Positions 20,339 through 29,656 of a stretch of DNA of 64,000 nt are shown here, piece by piece. Made by a program: the position numbers and the translations under genes. The notes under the pieces were generated by a model, which did not search any database, was not told the DNA's origin, and worked only from the letters and a program-made list of their open reading frames with translations. Numbering within the stretch: the stretch's first letter is position 1; the number at the start of each line of letters is the position of its first letter. This stretch comes from a virus: IMG/VR virus record IMGVR_UViG_3300047472_000237, positions 18,788 through 82,787 of that record; one strand, written 5' to 3'.

Positions 20339-21184
20339 ATGAGTTCGACCCTTCCCGCTACGCAAGGCAAAGCCGCCAACGCGATTGCCACGTACGACTA
20401 CGGCGACAGCGCCGGCGCTGGTTTCGACAACCAGACGAACGAGGACGTCAGCATCCCCTTCCTGGGCGTGCTCCAGTCCAACTCGCCGCAGGTGGCGAGC
20501 CGTGAGAACCGCATCGAGGGCGCTCGCCCCGGCGACCTGATCAACACCGTCACGAACGAAGTGTTCGACGGCGGCAAGGGCGTCTACTTCCAGCCCAGCG
20601 ACACGTCGCACGTGTTCGTCGAGTGGAAGCCGCGCGACGCGGGTGGTGGCTTCGTCGCCATCCACGCGCTCGACAGCCCGGTCGTGGCCCAGGCGAAGAA
20701 GGAATCGACCGTCTTCGGCAAGTACAAGACCCCGGCCGGCAACGATCTCATCGAGACGTTCTACATCACCGGCATGATCCACCGCTCGCTCAACATCGAC
20801 GAGCAGGCGGCTGGCAGCATCGAGCCGGCCGTGATCGCCTTCTCGTCGACCAAGATCAAGGTCTACAAGTCGATCATGACGCGTCTCCGCACGTTCCAGA
20901 ACGGCAAGCCGCCGCTCTTCGCGCACCGCCTGATCATCACGACCAGCGGCGAGAAGAACGATCGCGGCGAGTTCTACAACTTCAGCGTCAAGCCGGCCGT
21001 GAACAACGACCTGGCCCAGTCGCTGATCCCGCCGACGCTCGGCGACGGCAGCCCGAACCCGCTCCTGCTCGCCGGCCAGGAGCTCCTGAAGGCCAACCGT
21101 CGTGGCGACACGAAGGTCAAGCACGACACCCAGAACGCGGGTGAAGGCAAGAAGGATGAGAAGGGCGACGATATTCCGTTCTGA
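20339..21184 (+). CDS. Putative single-stranded DNA-binding protein
   Basis: IPFLGVLQSNSPQV..EWKPRDAGGGFV; acidic C-terminus GDDIPF. Confidence 0.65.
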   Translation: MSSTLPATQGKAANAIATYDYGDSAGAGFDNQTNEDVSIPFLGVLQSNSPQVASRENRIEGARPGDLINTVTNEVFDGGKGVYFQPSDTSHVFVEWKPRDAGGGFVAIHALDSPVVAQAKKESTVFGKYKTPAGNDLIETFYITGMIHRSLNIDEQAAGSIEPAVIAFSSTKIKVYKSIMTRLRTFQNGKPPLFAHRLIITTSGEKNDRGEFYNFSVKPAVNNDLAQSLIPPTLGDGSPNPLLLAGQELLKANRRGDTKVKHDTQNAGEGKKDEKGDDIPF

Positions 21185-21273
21185 TCTTGGTTGCCTCAAC
21201 TGAGTGAATGCGGCATACTTCTGGCCGCCGGGTACGAAAGTGCTCGGCGGCCAGATTGTTTGGAGACGTACGA

Positions 21274-22500
21274 ATGGAATGGACGACAAAGCAACAACAG
21301 GCTCTCATCTCCGTCAAACGCTGGCTCGACAGTGGCGGAGAGGGCGTCTACCGCCTCTTCGGCTACGCGGGCACCGGCAAGACGACCCTCGCCAAGCACT
21401 TCGCTGAGGGCCTCGACGCCGGCTCTGTGCTCTACGCGGCCTTCACTGGCAAGGCCGCCTATGTGCTCCAGCAGAAGGGGTGCTTCGGGGCGACGACGCT
21501 CCACTCGCTCATCTACAAGCCGCAGGACAAGAGCCGCGCCCGGCTGACCGATCTCCGCAAGGCCCTCGACCACATCGAAGCCGCCCTGAAGGAGAAGGGC
21601 ATGCCTGAGGACAAGTGGCGGTTCGACACGCAGTGGAAGCAGTTCAACGACATGTACAAGGCGGAGGAGCAGAACGTCAAGCGCATGTCGTTCGCCCTGA
21701 ACACCGAGTCCGCTGTCGCCACCTGCAAGCTGCTCATCGTCGACGAGTGTTCGATGGTGGACGGCCGCATGGCCGAGGATCTCGCGACGTACAAGAAACC
21801 CATCCTCGTGCTGGGTGATCCCTTCCAGTTGCCGCCCGTGTTCGGCACCGGCGTCTACACCAACGCGGCCCCCGACTTCCTCCTGACCGAAGTGCGTCGT
21901 CAGGAAGCGGACAGCCCCGTGCTCCGCATTGCCACCGACATCCGCGAGGGCCGACCGATCACCAAGGGTGCGTATGGCTCGAGCCGGATCATCGACACCA
22001 AGTCCGTCGACAAGGACGAGGTCATGGCGTTCGACCAGGTGCTCGTCGGCACCAACAAGCGCCGGTATGGCACCAACGCCCGCATGCGTGAGCTCCTGGG
22101 CCGCTCGACGCCCCTCCCGGTCGCCACCGACAAGCTGGTCTGCCTTCGCAACAACCACGAGCAGGGCCTCCTGAACGGCGGCCTCTGGAACGTGGTGACG
22201 GCCGTCAACACTGACGACACTTCTGTCGACCTCGACATCGAGAGCGACGACGGCAAGCTGCGTGTCGTAACTCAGGCACACGCCCAATACTTCCAGGGCG
22301 GCGAGCCAGCCTTCTGGGACATCAAGGACAAGGACTCGTTCGACTACGGGTACGCCTTGACCGTCCACAAGTCGCAGGGCAGCCAGTGGAAGAAAGTCTA
22401 CATCTTCGACGAGAGCCGCGTGTTCCGCCAAGAGGCGCGACGCTGGCTCTACACGGCCGTCACCCGCGCCGCAGAAGATGTAGTTATCGTCCAAGACTAA
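21274..22500 (+). CDS. Dda/RecD-like SF1B helicase
   Basis: GYAGTGKT, AFTGKAA, VDECSM, GDPFQLPPV, YALTVHKSQGSQW, LYTAVTRA; start chosen at MEWTT. Confidence 0.92.
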   Translation: MEWTTKQQQALISVKRWLDSGGEGVYRLFGYAGTGKTTLAKHFAEGLDAGSVLYAAFTGKAAYVLQQKGCFGATTLHSLIYKPQDKSRARLTDLRKALDHIEAALKEKGMPEDKWRFDTQWKQFNDMYKAEEQNVKRMSFALNTESAVATCKLLIVDECSMVDGRMAEDLATYKKPILVLGDPFQLPPVFGTGVYTNAAPDFLLTEVRRQEADSPVLRIATDIREGRPITKGAYGSSRIIDTKSVDKDEVMAFDQVLVGTNKRRYGTNARMRELLGRSTPLPVATDKLVCLRNNHEQGLLNGGLWNVVTAVNTDDTSVDLDIESDDGKLRVVTQAHAQYFQGGEPAFWDIKDKDSFDYGYALTVHKSQGSQWKKVYIFDESRVFRQEARRWLYTAVTRAAEDVVIVQD

Positions 22501-22533
22501 CACTACAATTCGTTCACGCTTTGAGGTAACGCT

Positions 22534-23508
22534 ATGCGCCAACTATTCAACCCACGAGTCGCGTTCAAGCCGTTCGAGTACCCGGAGGTCACCGGGTATC
22601 GCGACGCGATCAACCATTCCTTCTGGCTCGTCTCGGAATGGAACTTCATCGCGGACCAGGGAGACTTCTCCCAGATGACACCGCTCGAACGCCGCGCGAT
22701 CCGCAACACGCTGCTGGCAATCTCGCAGATCGAAGTGTCTGTCAAGAAGTTCTGGGCTCAGTTGGGCGGCCGCATTCCCAAGGCCGAGTTCGACCAGGTC
22801 GGCATCACGTTCGGCGAGTCAGAAGTCCGCCACGCTGAAGCCTACAGCCACCTGCTGACCGTCCTGCACCTCAACGAAGACTTCGAGCAGATCCTGGAAG
22901 TCCCCGCCATTCGCGGCCGGGTGGACTACCTCGCCAAGTTCATGAAAGGTGCGAGCGCCTGCTCCGACCAGGAGTACGCCCTGACGCTGACGCTGTTCTC
23001 GTCCTTCATCGAGAACGTGTCGCTCTTCGCTCAGTTCGTCATCATCAAATCCTTCAACAAGCACCGCCAGGTGTTGAAGGACATCGACAATGTCGTATCG
23101 GCCACGCAGAAGGAAGAGCTCATCCACGCCGCCTTCGGCCAGTACGTCGTCAACACAATCCGTAGCGAGAACCCCGGATGGTTCGGAACGGATTTCTACA
23201 TCCGGCTCGAGGAAGCCGCTCACGCCGCGTACAAGGCGGAACGTGCTATCCTCGACTGGATCTTCGAGGCCGGCGAGCTCCCATGGCTCAGCAAGGCCGC
23301 CCTCGACCAGTTCATCCGTCAGCGGCTCAACGAGAGCCTGACGGCAGTCGGAGCGGACACGATCTTCGTCGTCGACCAGGCCCTCCTGGGCGAACTCACG
23401 TGGTTCTACGAAGAGCTCCACGCTGGCATCAGCGTCGACTTCTTCCACGTCCGCTCCGTTGACTATTCCAAGAAACAGCAGGCCGTGCAGGCAGGAGACT
23501 TGTTCTGA
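22534..23508 (+). CDS. nrdB: Ribonucleotide reductase class I beta subunit
   Basis: KPFEYP, ISQIEVSVK, ESEVRHAEAY, IENVSLF, EELIH di-metal ligands. Confidence 0.92.
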   Translation: MRQLFNPRVAFKPFEYPEVTGYRDAINHSFWLVSEWNFIADQGDFSQMTPLERRAIRNTLLAISQIEVSVKKFWAQLGGRIPKAEFDQVGITFGESEVRHAEAYSHLLTVLHLNEDFEQILEVPAIRGRVDYLAKFMKGASACSDQEYALTLTLFSSFIENVSLFAQFVIIKSFNKHRQVLKDIDNVVSATQKEELIHAAFGQYVVNTIRSENPGWFGTDFYIRLEEAAHAAYKAERAILDWIFEAGELPWLSKAALDQFIRQRLNESLTAVGADTIFVVDQALLGELTWFYEELHAGISVDFFHVRSVDYSKKQQAVQAGDLF

Positions 23509-25151
23509 TGTCGTACCGATGGCTCACACCCGAATCACAGACGTTTCTCGAACGCGACTACCTCATGCCGGGGCAGACCGTGGACGAGCGGATCGATATC
23601 ATCTGCAACCGCGCGGAGGAGCTCCTGCAACGCCCAGGGCACGCGGCTCGGCTGAAGGAGTGTCTCCAGAAAGGGTGGATCACCCTCGCCTCGCCCATCC
23701 TGACCAACTTCGGCACCAGCCGGGGTCTGCCCATCAGCTGCTTCGGCAGCAGCATCGAAGACTCCATGGAGTCGATCGTCCGGACGCACGCTGAGGTGTG
23801 CATCATGACGAAGCACGGCGGCGGCACGAGCGGCTACTTCGGCAAGCTGCGTGGTCGTAATGTGCCGATCAAGGACAACGGCGTCTCGAGCGGCTCCGTC
23901 CACTTCATGCAGCTGTTCAACACGGCGATCAACGTCGTGTCCCAGGGCACCACCCGGCGCGGCCAGTTTGCCGCGTACCAGGACATCGAGCACCCCGACG
24001 TCGAAGAGTTCCTCAAGATCCGCTCGGATGGCAACAAGATCCAGGACATCCTGTTCGGGGTCTGCGTCAGCGATGCGTTCATGGAGCGGATGATCGACAA
24101 CAACGGGCCGGAGCGGGTGCTGTGGGCGAAGGTGCTCCAGAGCCGCGCGGCCATCGGTCTGCCCTACATCTTCTTCACCGACAACGCCAACCGCCAGGCC
24201 CCCGACTGCTATCGCAACGAGGGGATGAAGATCACCCACTCGAACCTGTGCACCGAGATCATGCTCCCCGACTGCGACGAAGAGTCGTTCGTCTGCGATC
24301 TCTCGAGCATGGTCGATCTGTACTACGACGAGTGGAAGGACACGCACGCGGTCGAGACGCTGGCGTACACCCTGGAAGCCGTGATGACCGAGTTCATCAT
24401 GAAGGGCCAGCATGTGCCGTACCTCGAACGCGCCGTGCGGTTTGCCCGCCGCCACCGTGCCCTGGGCATTGGCCGCGTCGGCTGGCACAGCTACCTCCAG
24501 AGCCTCATGCTCCCGTTCGAGGGCCTGACCGCCCGACTGCTGAACGCGGAGATCTCCGCCACGATCCAGCGGCAGGCTCTGGCCGCGTCGAAGGCTATGG
24601 CTGTGACCTACGGCGAGCCTGAGGTGCTGAAAGGCTACGGCCGCCGCAACGCCACGCTCATCGCCATCGCCCCGACCAAGTCGACCGCGTTCATCTTCGG
24701 TCAGCTGTCCGAGGGCATCGAGCCGTGGACGACCAACTATCAGGTCTCGAAGCTCCAGAAGGGCAGCTTCCCCATCCGCAACCGCTTCCTCCAGAAGCTG
24801 CTCGCCGCCAAGGGCAAAGACACCGAAGAGACCTGGAAGAGCATCCTGGAGCACAGCGGCTCCGTGCAGCACTTCGACTTCCTCGACAAGGAAGAGAAGG
24901 CTGTGTTCAAGACCTTCGTCGAGATCTCGCCGCTTGAGGTCGTTGAACAGGCGGCCGGCCGGCAACGCTTCATCGACCAGGGCCAGTCCACCAACCTCAT
25001 GATCCAGCCGTCGATCCCGATCAAGGACGTGAACGCGCTCCTGATCACGGCCTGGCGGAAGGGTCTCAAATCGCTCTACTATCAGAAGAGCGTGAACGCC
25101 GCACAGGAGTTCGCCCGCAACATCATGCACTGTGCCGCCTGCGAAGGCTGA
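23508..25151 (+). CDS. nrdA: Ribonucleotide reductase class I alpha subunit
   Basis: GLPISCF, GGGTS, SNLCTEI, IAPT, IDQGQS, C-terminal CAACEG. Confidence 0.94.
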   Translation: MSYRWLTPESQTFLERDYLMPGQTVDERIDIICNRAEELLQRPGHAARLKECLQKGWITLASPILTNFGTSRGLPISCFGSSIEDSMESIVRTHAEVCIMTKHGGGTSGYFGKLRGRNVPIKDNGVSSGSVHFMQLFNTAINVVSQGTTRRGQFAAYQDIEHPDVEEFLKIRSDGNKIQDILFGVCVSDAFMERMIDNNGPERVLWAKVLQSRAAIGLPYIFFTDNANRQAPDCYRNEGMKITHSNLCTEIMLPDCDEESFVCDLSSMVDLYYDEWKDTHAVETLAYTLEAVMTEFIMKGQHVPYLERAVRFARRHRALGIGRVGWHSYLQSLMLPFEGLTARLLNAEISATIQRQALAASKAMAVTYGEPEVLKGYGRRNATLIAIAPTKSTAFIFGQLSEGIEPWTTNYQVSKLQKGSFPIRNRFLQKLLAAKGKDTEETWKSILEHSGSVQHFDFLDKEEKAVFKTFVEISPLEVVEQAAGRQRFIDQGQSTNLMIQPSIPIKDVNALLITAWRKGLKSLYYQKSVNAAQEFARNIMHCAACEG

Positions 25152-25175
25152 TCGCTCTCGCCGAGCTCCAACGCA

Positions 25176-25206
25176 GACGCCCTGGGCCAGCAGCCCAGGG
25201 CGTTTC
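25176..25206 (+). terminator. Intrinsic terminator after nrdA
   Basis: ACGCCCTGGGC-CAGCA-GCCCAGGGCGT followed by TT. Confidence 0.65.
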
Positions 25207-25305
25207 GCATTTTGCGATGAATCAGCTTGCTTTCCGGGATAAGTGCGGGCATGATACATCCCGTCGCCGAAAGGCATTAACCCTTCTCTATCTGAGGAAC
25301 TGTCC

Positions 25306-26001
25306 ATGAACGTGCCGTACACTTCGAACGCGCTCGGCTTGACCATCAAGTCCGCTGACGACATCAAGACCCTCGAGCCCAAGCAGATGCTCTCGCTCCA
25401 CAACGAGATCTCGAACGCCTCCGTCAAGCGGTTCGCCGACAAGAAGAGCGGCGTCAAGCGCACGGTCGAAGCGTTCCAGACCTGGCAAGGCCAGCAGACC
25501 GAGAAGACGCCCAAGCTGGTCACCGCCGACCACAAGTCCTTCCGCAAGGACAGTGCCCGTGGCAAGGTCATCGCCGCTGCCTCGAAGGCCGGCGGTGCGA
25601 CCCGCGCCCAGCTGAAGGAGATCTCCGGCTGGGACGACACGAACCTGACGGCGGCCCTGAGCCGCGTCGAGTCGTACAACGGCCTGACCGTGACCCGCAC
25701 CGGCGAAGGCGACGAGCAGATCATCGTCATCACCGGCGTCCTCCGCACCCGCAAGGCGTTCGCCTTCGACCCGCTCCCCGAGAAGCAGCGTCGAGCACAC
25801 AAGGAGAGCGGCACGCCGACCAAGCGCTCCAAGGTCGTCGCCATGCTCACCGCCAAGGGCGGGGCCTCGTTCGAGGAGATCCAGGCGGCCACCGACTGGA
25901 ACGACCGCGACGCGTACGAAGGCATCCGTCTCATCCACAGCTATCTTGGATATGGCCTGAAAGAGACGGGCGAAGGCAAGATCATCGCTTTCCGCGCGTA
26001 A
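25306..26001 (+). CDS. Basic protein with two winged-helix-like domains
   Basis: Repeated unit SARGKVIAAASKAGGATRAQLKEISGW / TKRSKVVAMLTAKGGASFEEIQAATDW; promoter TTGCTT-17-CATGAT at 25227-25255. Confidence 0.6.
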   Translation: MNVPYTSNALGLTIKSADDIKTLEPKQMLSLHNEISNASVKRFADKKSGVKRTVEAFQTWQGQQTEKTPKLVTADHKSFRKDSARGKVIAAASKAGGATRAQLKEISGWDDTNLTAALSRVESYNGLTVTRTGEGDEQIIVITGVLRTRKAFAFDPLPEKQRRAHKESGTPTKRSKVVAMLTAKGGASFEEIQAATDWNDRDAYEGIRLIHSYLGYGLKETGEGKIIAFRA

Positions 26002-26006
26002 TTCGC

Positions 26007-26034
26007 TTGCTACTGCCGCCAAGTGCGGTAAACT
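26007..26034 (+). promoter_or_regulatory. Sigma-70-like promoter driving the structured RNA / modification cluster
   Basis: TTGCTA-16-TAAACT; predicted +1 near 26041 coincides with the first base of the closing helix. Confidence 0.65.
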
Positions 26035-26040
26035 GAAGTC

Positions 26041-26350
26041 GTCCTGATTGAGGCAGTCGGCCGCCCCGCTCACCCCGAGGGCGAAGACTGCAAAAATCAA
26101 AGTCGAGCAACGCCACAGAGGAGCTCCGGCTCCTCCAACCTGAGTCGCTTGCGGGTCTTCGGCCCCGTGAAGCGATGGCCCGTAAACGGTCGGGTCTGTA
26201 ACCAGGCATCGGTTCTGGAATGTAAACCGCCAACAGACGACTTGTGCGTCAACCACTGGCGGAGCATGAAGGAATCGCGCGGCGGGTGAGTGCACCACTG
26301 CAAGATTTCGGGGGATGAACAACGTCGTTCGTCGACTGCCTCATCAGGAC
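26041..26350 (+). ncRNA. Unassigned ~310-nt structured RNA
   Basis: 20-bp terminal helix (26041-26061 with 26331-26350), nested helices, two UNCG tetraloop hairpins, own promoter, no credible ORF. Confidence 0.7.
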
Positions 26351-26369
26351 ACTTTTCTCGAAAGAACCT

Positions 26370-27230
26370 ATGGCCTCCCAGAACTATCCCCGCGTCACGA
26401 TTGAAGACTTTGGCAAGCACCTGCTCGACGCGGGCGATCTGGATCCCATCTATCTCGGCCTCCACCGGCTGGCCCTCCCCGCGAATCAGCTTCATCGCTG
26501 GCTCCTGGCATACTGTTGCTTCTACAGCGCCGGCGTCGCTTCGTACCTCTCTGAGTTCGAGGGTGCGACCTTCTGGGAACACTTCCTCACCGCTGCCAAG
26601 AACGAGACCCCGGCCCCGCATGGCGGACGTTGGGAGCGTGGCAAGGAACGTCGCCACTTCCGTGGCGGACAGGCCATCAAGGCCACCAACGAGCTCATCG
26701 GCAAGTACCCCGTCCCCGAACTCGCCTTCAACGGGCACCTGGTCCGCCCCGGCGAGACCCGCCTACCCTTCAGCGTGGTCAGCGACCGCGCTCAGGAGTG
26801 GCGAGGCTTCGGCACCTGGATCTCCTTCAAGGTCGGCGACCTGCTCGACCGTGTCGGCATTATCCCCGTCGACTTCGCGTTTGACGAGGCGATGTACGAA
26901 GATCCGACCAAGGCCGCGATCATGCAGTGGAAGCTGCGGCGCGACCTGCCCCAGGACTCGACCATCGACGACCCGAAGGCCGCCGTGCAGGAGATCGTCG
27001 CGTACCTCATCGAGCACTTCAAGGACTATCTGGCCCCGCCGCTGCTCGACCGCCCCATCGGCCTCCAGGAGGTCGAGACGATCCTCTGCAAGTGGAAGTC
27101 GCACATCAACGGGCACTACCCGTTCTTCAACGACACGGTCGAGATCCACCACGGTGTCTCTCCCTGGGCCAACCACAGCGACACGGCCAAGCGGTTCCTC
27201 GCTGCCATGCCTCAGCCGCCGGCCAAGTAA
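26370..27230 (+). CDS. Amino acid:DNA transferase (aGPT-Pplase2 family)
   Basis: GDLDPIY, WLLAYCCFY, WERGKERRHFRG, FGTWISFKVGD, QEVETILCKWKSH. Confidence 0.85.
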   Translation: MASQNYPRVTIEDFGKHLLDAGDLDPIYLGLHRLALPANQLHRWLLAYCCFYSAGVASYLSEFEGATFWEHFLTAAKNETPAPHGGRWERGKERRHFRGGQAIKATNELIGKYPVPELAFNGHLVRPGETRLPFSVVSDRAQEWRGFGTWISFKVGDLLDRVGIIPVDFAFDEAMYEDPTKAAIMQWKLRRDLPQDSTIDDPKAAVQEIVAYLIEHFKDYLAPPLLDRPIGLQEVETILCKWKSHINGHYPFFNDTVEIHHGVSPWANHSDTAKRFLAAMPQPPAK

Positions 27231-27269
27231 TCCGTTTGCCTTCTGTCGCCTTTCAGTGTATCTTCGATC

Positions 27270-28103
27270 ATGAGCACAACAGTCAACATCATCGGGGCCG
27301 GGATCGCTGGCTCCATCACTTCAACCCTCCTCCGCACGGCAGGGTTCAACACGCGGGTCATCGACGACGCTGACAAGTTCTCCGCCAGCGCGGCGAGCTC
27401 CAACCTGTTCATCGTCGATTGGTACGACACCGACCTGAAGCAGATCGCTGACGGCTTCGACGTGCTCGAGATGCTCTACAAGGACGTGACGGAGTTCCCG
27501 TTCAAGGCCGGCATCAAGATCGCACCCCGCATGCTGCACATCGGGCAGCGTCACCTGCTGGTCAAGCCGGACGTGATCGGCACTGTGACCTACGCCGACG
27601 AGCAGGGAGTCGCCCTGGGCGACATGCAGCACTTCGATGGCCCAGTGATCCTGGCGGCCGGCTACCGCGCCAACACGCTCATCCGCGACCACGCTCAGCA
27701 CCACGACATCGAGGTCTACGCGGGCCACCGCTACCTGTTCAAGGGAGACCTGGCCGAGGGCCGCCTCGACATGGTCGCACCGTACAAGCACGGCAAGCTG
27801 TACCAGTACGCACCGGGGCAGATCTACTACGCCGACAGCGTGAAGCTCCAGCTGAAGTCCTACAACAAGCGACAGGCCGAGATCCAGGAGCGGACGCTCG
27901 CTCGTGCCCAGGCGGCACTAGGTCGTACAGACCTCGAGATCATCGACTTCCGAGTGGGGTATCGCCCTGTCATCGCTGAGAAACCGCTTGGCGTACTCGA
28001 CCGCATCAGCAAGAATGTGTGGAGTATGAACGGCGGCGGCAAGAACGGCACTGTCGCCTATGCCGGCCTCGCCCGGCAGCTTCTCGAGGAGCTCAGGGCC
28101 TGA
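27270..28103 (+). CDS. FAD-dependent oxidoreductase (glycine oxidase/DAO-like)
   Basis: IIGAGIAG, ASAAS, ILAAG, VGYRP, GGGKNG; promoter TTGCCT-17-TATCTT at 27236-27264. Confidence 0.8.
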   Translation: MSTTVNIIGAGIAGSITSTLLRTAGFNTRVIDDADKFSASAASSNLFIVDWYDTDLKQIADGFDVLEMLYKDVTEFPFKAGIKIAPRMLHIGQRHLLVKPDVIGTVTYADEQGVALGDMQHFDGPVILAAGYRANTLIRDHAQHHDIEVYAGHRYLFKGDLAEGRLDMVAPYKHGKLYQYAPGQIYYADSVKLQLKSYNKRQAEIQERTLARAQAALGRTDLEIIDFRVGYRPVIAEKPLGVLDRISKNVWSMNGGGKNGTVAYAGLARQLLEELRA

Positions 28104-28268
28104 TGAGCAAGAAGGCCGGCAAACCTCTCCTGCCATTCTTCAAGTCGCTTCGCAAGCGCAAGAAGAAAGGGAAGAAGCGGACCATCGTAACTGACTGGGA
28201 CTTGCCGCCGATCGTGGAGAAGACGAAGACCCTTGCCGATTGCTACGAAGAGGACTACAGTGACCGCA

Positions 28269-28718
28269 ATGCAAATCCGCCCCGCCACCCCCGACGACCA
28301 CAAACGCCTCTGCGAGATCGCCCGCTCACACCGCGCGGGGAACGGCTTCTCGAACATTCAAATGTTCAGCGGCCCGACCCACTACGCTAACGGCTGGCTG
28401 CGTGTGATGGTCGACGCCGAAGGCAAGATCGTCGCCTTCACCTGCATTCGTCAGAAGAAGACGACGAAGCAGACGAAGCTCTACTACATCATCGTGGACA
28501 CGGCGTACCGCTCCGGCGGCATCGTCGACAACAAGCCGGTCGTCGGCATCGGCCAGGCGCTCCTGGATGACCTGATCACCAACTCCCCGTATCGCGAGCT
28601 CATCTGCGACTGCCTGAAGGACAATGAGCCGGCTCTGAAGTTCTACAAGAAGAACGGCTTCGAGATCGTGGGTGAGTCCCTCAAGGGCAAGGGACACATC
28701 CTCCTGAAGAAGTGGTGA
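28269..28718 (+). CDS. GNAT acetyltransferase
   Basis: MQIRPAT..YRSGG..GIGQALL..NEPALKFYKKNGF. Confidence 0.85.
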   Translation: MQIRPATPDDHKRLCEIARSHRAGNGFSNIQMFSGPTHYANGWLRVMVDAEGKIVAFTCIRQKKTTKQTKLYYIIVDTAYRSGGIVDNKPVVGIGQALLDDLITNSPYRELICDCLKDNEPALKFYKKNGFEIVGESLKGKGHILLKKW

Positions 28719-28934
28719 GCACGGAGTGAACTTGTCGGGCCAAACCTCGTGCACGGCCTGCTTGCCTTAAATGCTGCCGCCCGGTCGAGGTCGGGAGAGG
28801 CGAATCCAGGTGCTCACCACTCTTGAGGGAACTATGGACACCATCATCGTCGCTCATCATGTCGCACACTTCAGCTGTGCACTACTTACTCTCTTGTGCA
28901 TCGCCTACGTCGCGAAGCCGAAGGACCGTTCCCA

Positions 28935-29588
28935 ATGCGTAACCCGACCATCGTCAATATCCGTGGCACGAGCGGCTCTGGCAAGAGCACTCTGGTCAAG
29001 GCGATATTCGCCCGCTGCACCAATGTCGAGCCAGTGCGGGCACCTTCCACCGCGAAGCGCAAGCAGCCGCTCGGCTACACGATGCAATACAACTCGCTCG
29101 GCGCGGAGAACAACCCGCAGAAGCTGTTCATCGCCGGCCACTACGAATCAGCCTGCGGCGGCTGCGACACGTTGGGGAAGTACCTTCCCGATGTCGTCAC
29201 TCCTCGTCTGATCGGCGACGACACCGAGCCGAACAGCTACCACTTGACCTTCGGCCTGGTGCGTGAGTACTGGCGGCGCGGCTACAACGTCGTGTTCGAG
29301 GGCCTGCTCATCAGCGGCGACGTGCGGCACACCAAGGCCCTCCACGACGACGCCCTCCCCATCAACGTGGTCGGCTTCGACCTGCCCGTGGACTTCTGCA
29401 TCGCGTCCGTCCTCGAGCGGCGGAAGGCCGCTGGCAACGTCAAGGAGTTCAACGAGGCCAACACGCGGGACAAGCACCGCCTCCTCGTGAACTGCCTCTC
29501 GAAGCTCGACGTGGCGGGCGTGCCCGTACAACGCTGCGGCACTCGAGAGCTCGCCTCGGACGCGGTCTACGCCCTCCTGGGCATGTAA
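28935..29588 (+). CDS. P-loop kinase, putative 5-hydroxymethyl-dU DNA kinase
   Basis: NIRGTSGSGKST, GHYESACGGCD, VVFEGLL; context in modification cluster. Confidence 0.75.
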   Translation: MRNPTIVNIRGTSGSGKSTLVKAIFARCTNVEPVRAPSTAKRKQPLGYTMQYNSLGAENNPQKLFIAGHYESACGGCDTLGKYLPDVVTPRLIGDDTEPNSYHLTFGLVREYWRRGYNVVFEGLLISGDVRHTKALHDDALPINVVGFDLPVDFCIASVLERRKAAGNVKEFNEANTRDKHRLLVNCLSKLDVAGVPVQRCGTRELASDAVYALLGM

Positions 29589-29656
29589 CGTGCGACGCCG
29601 CTCCAGGCCGCTCCGACCCGCTCGGAGCGGCCTCTCTTTGGCCCCGAAAGTTCAAC

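Noticed and set aside
26300-26350. Hammerhead ribozyme on the minus strand (CTGATGA...GAAA)
   Set aside because: Stem II pairs for only ~2 bp and no stem I/III with an NUH site can be formed; CTGATGAG is just the complement of the closing helix
26041-26350. tmRNA, RNase P or SRP identity for the structured RNA
   Set aside because: No tRNA-like ends or TTCRA loop; the GCA-started frame (AKIKVEQRHRGAPAPPT*) is not tag-like; no GAGGAAAGTCC or ACAGAA..CGGCTTA RNase P boxes; no SRP helix-8 motif. Only short chance-level resemblances
28019-28390. Lys-rich ORF (MSKKAGK.. from 28103) and the ORF from 28834 overlapping the kinase
   Set aside because: Both overlap better-supported genes and have no motif; possibly small real genes but not supportable
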